Shown here: positions 61,430-64,000 of the stretch, one piece after another | Numbering within the stretch: position 1 is the stretch's first letter | Layout of the letters: each line of letters begins with the position of its first letter | Origin: an uncultured delta proteobacterium | Lineage (GTDB): Bacteria; Desulfobacterota; Binatia; Binatales; Binataceae | Assembly (NCBI GenBank): GCA_963710455.1 | Contig: CAVQAG010000017.1 | Coordinates: forward strand, 323,225 to 387,224 | Length of the DNA stretch: 64,000 nt | Direction: 5' to 3' | Notes under the pieces: model-generated | Database searches by the model: none | What the model saw: only the letters and a program-made list of their open reading frames with translations | Told to the model about the DNA's origin: nothing | Program-made: the position numbers and the translations under genes

Positions 61430-63337
61430 TCAGGCGATCGAGTGCCTTACGACAGCGGGTGTCGGCGCTTGAGCGGCCGCAGCCTGACTATCCCCTAAAC
61501 GATCGTTTTTGCCATCTTCTCTGCCGTCGCCATGGACACTGCCGTTCGCGAGAGCCGGCACGAACTCGTTGACTCCGATGGAGAAGCGCTGAAGCGGCAG
61601 ATGATGGGCGTCGGTGAAAGCCTTGACCATCTTGAGACGGTCCTCGCTGATCGCGTCGGCCGCGATGAGGATTCGGTGAAAGCCGGTAGCGCCGTGAATC
61701 CGCGGCAGATCATCGAGCGAACCAAGCACCTGGTGGCCGTGGACCAGCTTGCCGTCCTTGAAACCGTCGTCGTCCACGAAGCCGACCAGACGCACCCGGC
61801 GGTCGCTGCCCGAGAAGATGTAGCGCACGGCAGCCTCGCCCATCCGCCCTGCGCCTACGACCAGCACCCGCTCGGTCGGGAGCGCGAACAGTGCGAGCGC
61901 GCGCCGCTGGATCTGAAACGACATTCGCGTGAACACCAGCAAGTTGAACAGCAGCACCACATAGAGGACCGCGACCGATCCTGAAACCTCAATCCGCATG
62001 AACAGCGAGGCGATGGCGACCAAGGTACCTGCCAGCAGCGAGCCATTGGCGAAGCGGATAATGTCGGCAATACCGGCGTAGCGCCAAATGCTGCGGTAGA
62101 CACCGGTCAGCGCGAAGGCGAGGTAGGTGGCGGCGAAAAACACCGGCGTGGTCCCGATCATCGAGATCAGCAACGCGTCGTTGAGTTTGAAATCGCGGCG
62201 CAAAAGGCACGCGCCAAAATAGGCCGCCGGAATCAGCGCGAAATCGAGCACCGCCTCGGCCAGTCGCCGTTTGTAACCCAGGCTAAGGATGGAACGCGCG
62301 AAGCCCTGCAAATAACTGTAGGCCACGCCCGGCGCGCTTCCCTCGAAAGTCAGGTCCACCATGAACAGACCCATCACGCCGATTCCGGCGACGACCAGGG
62401 GGAGGACGCTCAGCACGTAGGGATGCGAGAGCCCGCTCTCGCCCACCGCCAGCAGAGCCCCCGTCGCCGCCAGGGTCCAACTCACGGCCACCGCGCGCGG
62501 CACGGTCAGCCCCAGCATCAGCAGACGATGATGCGAATGGTCCAGGCCGCGGCGCGAAATCGGATTTCCTGTGGCCAGCCGCGACACTGTGACGATCGCG
62601 GTGTCAAGCAAGGGCACCAGCATCACCAGCACCGGAAAGACCACCATCGACAGATGTGAATTTTGCTGGAGAGCACCAGCGCCAAGCGCCAACGCCCCCA
62701 GCAGGAAACCCATCGGCAGGGCGCCGCTGTCACCCATGAAGATCGAAGCCGGATAGAAGTTGAATAACAGGAACCCGCTCAACGCCGCTCCCGCCGCCAA
62801 CGACGCGCAGACCAGCGCCAAATCATGCGACCACCAAGCGACGACGCCAACCGCGCCCATCGCGGCAATTCCAACTCCCGACGCCAGTCCGTCGAGACCG
62901 TCAACTAGGTTGAAGGCGTTGATCGCGGCGAGCATAAAGAAGGCCGCCAGCCCCAGATTGATCAGCGGCGATCGCGTGACCTCTGGCACTCGCGGCCCAG
63001 CCCATAGGAAGAACGCGACCACAGCTATCTGCGCGAGCAACTTGCGCGACGGCTTCAGGGCGACCGCGTCGTCCAGGATGCCGACCGCCAGCAACGTCAG
63101 CATTCCGGCCAGCGTCCATACTGGCAACTGGCCCACCATGCCGAGCGCCGCGATTACAGCAACCACAATTGCAATGCCACCGACAACCGGTGTCGGCTCC
63201 GAATGTCCAGACTCTCCGCAAGGCGGTGCGACGAGTTTCAGGCGCACAGCCAGCATCCTGGCTACGGGGGTGGCCGCTACAGTCAGCCCGAAGGCGGTCG
63301 CGCCGCAGATGGCGAGGGTTTCCGTGATAGCGGTCAT
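61430..63337 (-). CDS. fusion of a WecA/MraY-family polyprenyl-phosphate N-acetylhexosamine-1-phosphate transferase (GT4 family) with a C-terminal WbaP-type CoA-binding (Rossmann-like) domain
   Basis: The N-terminal ~330 aa have ~10 TM segments with NAFNLVDGLDGLASG and DTAIVTVSRL. The C-terminal part carries extra TM segments plus VLVVGAGRMGEAAVRYI...RLVGFVDDD...VLGSLDDLPRI, typical of the N-terminal regulatory domain of polyprenyl glycosylphosphotransferases. Confidence 0.75.
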   Translation of the reverse strand: MTAITETLAICGATAFGLTVAATPVARMLAVRLKLVAPPCGESGHSEPTPVVGGIAIVVAVIAALGMVGQLPVWTLAGMLTLLAVGILDDAVALKPSRKLLAQIAVVAFFLWAGPRVPEVTRSPLINLGLAAFFMLAAINAFNLVDGLDGLASGVGIAAMGAVGVVAWWSHDLALVCASLAAGAALSGFLLFNFYPASIFMGDSGALPMGFLLGALALGAGALQQNSHLSMVVFPVLVMLVPLLDTAIVTVSRLATGNPISRRGLDHSHHRLLMLGLTVPRAVAVSWTLAATGALLAVGESGLSHPYVLSVLPLVVAGIGVMGLFMVDLTFEGSAPGVAYSYLQGFARSILSLGYKRRLAEAVLDFALIPAAYFGACLLRRDFKLNDALLISMIGTTPVFFAATYLAFALTGVYRSIWRYAGIADIIRFANGSLLAGTLVAIASLFMRIEVSGSVAVLYVVLLFNLLVFTRMSFQIQRRALALFALPTERVLVVGAGRMGEAAVRYIFSGSDRRVRLVGFVDDDGFKDGKLVHGHQVLGSLDDLPRIHGATGFHRILIAADAISEDRLKMVKAFTDAHHLPLQRFSIGVNEFVPALANGSVHGDGREDGKNDRLGDSQAAAAQAPTPAVVRHSIA

Positions 63338-63658
63338 CAGAACAAGTTCAAAGCTAGTTCAACCGCCCGCAGTGCGAGGCCGAAGCGAAAAACGAGTAGT
63401 TCGGCAAAACGGGCGGTTTTGCCCTGGGAATTTATACTCCGCATAAATGTGCGTTGCGTGGCAAGGACCTCGCCGATGTCTCAAATGCTTGATATGCATG
63501 TTTTAGACATTCAAAAGCAACCTGAGTGTATCTTAAGCTGTTATGAGATGCAAATCAGGAATAGCGGAAAACACATCATTTCACGTGAGTCCGCGCATTC
63601 GCGACCAGTGACTGGCTTTCAACCGTCACTGGCGGCTCCTGTCGAGAGAAAAAGAGGC

Positions 63659-64000
63659 CTAATCAGGCCGCAAATCTTCAGCCAGCGCGATTGCAAGCGC
63701 GCCTTCGATTGGGACGCGCTGCGAGAGGTGAGGATGGTCGACTTCGATCGCAACCTTGCCTGCGGCAGTGAGTTCCGCAAAGCGGGCGGCGTCGTCTCCG
63801 AGAGGAAAAGCAACAAATTGGACAGCGCTTATCTGGTCGGGTGACATCTGGCGCTCATCGAAGCGCGCGGCGACGCGGCGTCCATCGAGGACTATCCATA
63901 GATGGCGCTCCAGGCCCAGCAGTTGCGCGAGCTCGGCGTCGCGCTCGGCGGGTTCGGCATACTCGATGAGCAGGGTAGCAAAGAGTTCGCCCGGGTGCGG
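63659..64000 (-). CDS. hypothetical conserved protein (possibly DUF3501-like), 5'-truncated by window edge
   Basis: The minus-strand frame reads ...PHPGELFATLLIEYAEPAERDAELAQLLGLERHLWIVLDGRRVAARFDERQMSPDQISAVQFVAFPLGDD... continuously to the window end. The family assignment is a weak recollection. Confidence 0.4.
   Translation of the reverse strand, partial: PHPGELFATLLIEYAEPAERDAELAQLLGLERHLWIVLDGRRVAARFDERQMSPDQISAVQFVAFPLGDDAARFAELTAAGKVAIEVDHPHLSQRVPIEGALAIALAEDLRPD

Noticed and set aside
63605-63634. Inverted repeat CCAGTGAC...GTCACTGG in the 63338..63658 intergenic region
   Set aside because: An 8-bp stem without a U-tract. It could be a terminator or operator, but there is no supporting context.
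63203-63844. 213-aa plus-strand ORF at the 3' end of the window
   Set aside because: It overlaps the 3' end of the WecA-fusion gene and the better-supported minus-strand partial CDS 63659..64000. It is Arg/Ser-rich wrong-frame-like.

Overview
This is a high-GC (~65-68%) chromosomal window from a Gram-negative-type bacterium. Sigma-54 promoters, LPS/O-antigen genes, YceI, and NuoB-I point that way, but no RNA genes are present to anchor taxonomy. No transposases, integrons, CRISPR arrays or tRNA/rRNA genes were found.

The first ~18 kb is core metabolism and housekeeping:
- the tail of a sigma-70 factor
- a decayed CaiB-type CoA-transferase
- catechol 2,3-dioxygenase
- DUF1223
- glmS-glmU preceded by a zinc-ribbon gene
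- xerC-hslV-hslU
- argB-argD-argF-argG
- a MacB/FtsX-type ABC exporter pair

The rest is accessory-like:
- A four-gene minus-strand operon: class-III aminotransferase, type III polyketide synthase, geranylgeranyl-reductase-family flavoprotein, and a secreted YceI lipid-binding protein. This is the best candidate for an undescribed small-molecule (lipidic polyketide) system.
- A 6-TM sensor kinase with an NtrC-type sigma-54 activator.
- Frameshifted GT-C-fold glycosyltransferase and secreted-protein genes.
- A D-hydantoinase.
- A Wzy/O-antigen-ligase-like gene behind a textbook sigma-54 promoter.
- treY-treZ (trehalose from alpha-glucan).
- A large PAS sensor kinase with two HisKA domains, plus an orphan receiver.
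- A lower-GC stress islet: CsbD, a DUF748/AsmA-like protein, and small lipoproteins.
- A second sigma-54 activator divergent from a perfect sigma-54 promoter that drives an ExeA/GspA-like AAA+ ATPase fused to a TM segment and a LysM domain.
- A scrambled nuo cluster with only peripheral-arm subunits: nuoB, short nuoG, an MFS transporter, nuoI, nuoC, nuoD, and a fused nuoE-F.
- gmd, a cupin, and a WecA-like phosphotransferase fused to a WbaP-type CoA-binding domain.

At least five genes carry 1-2 bp frameshifts, several in short homopolymers, which looks more like consensus error than pseudogenisation.
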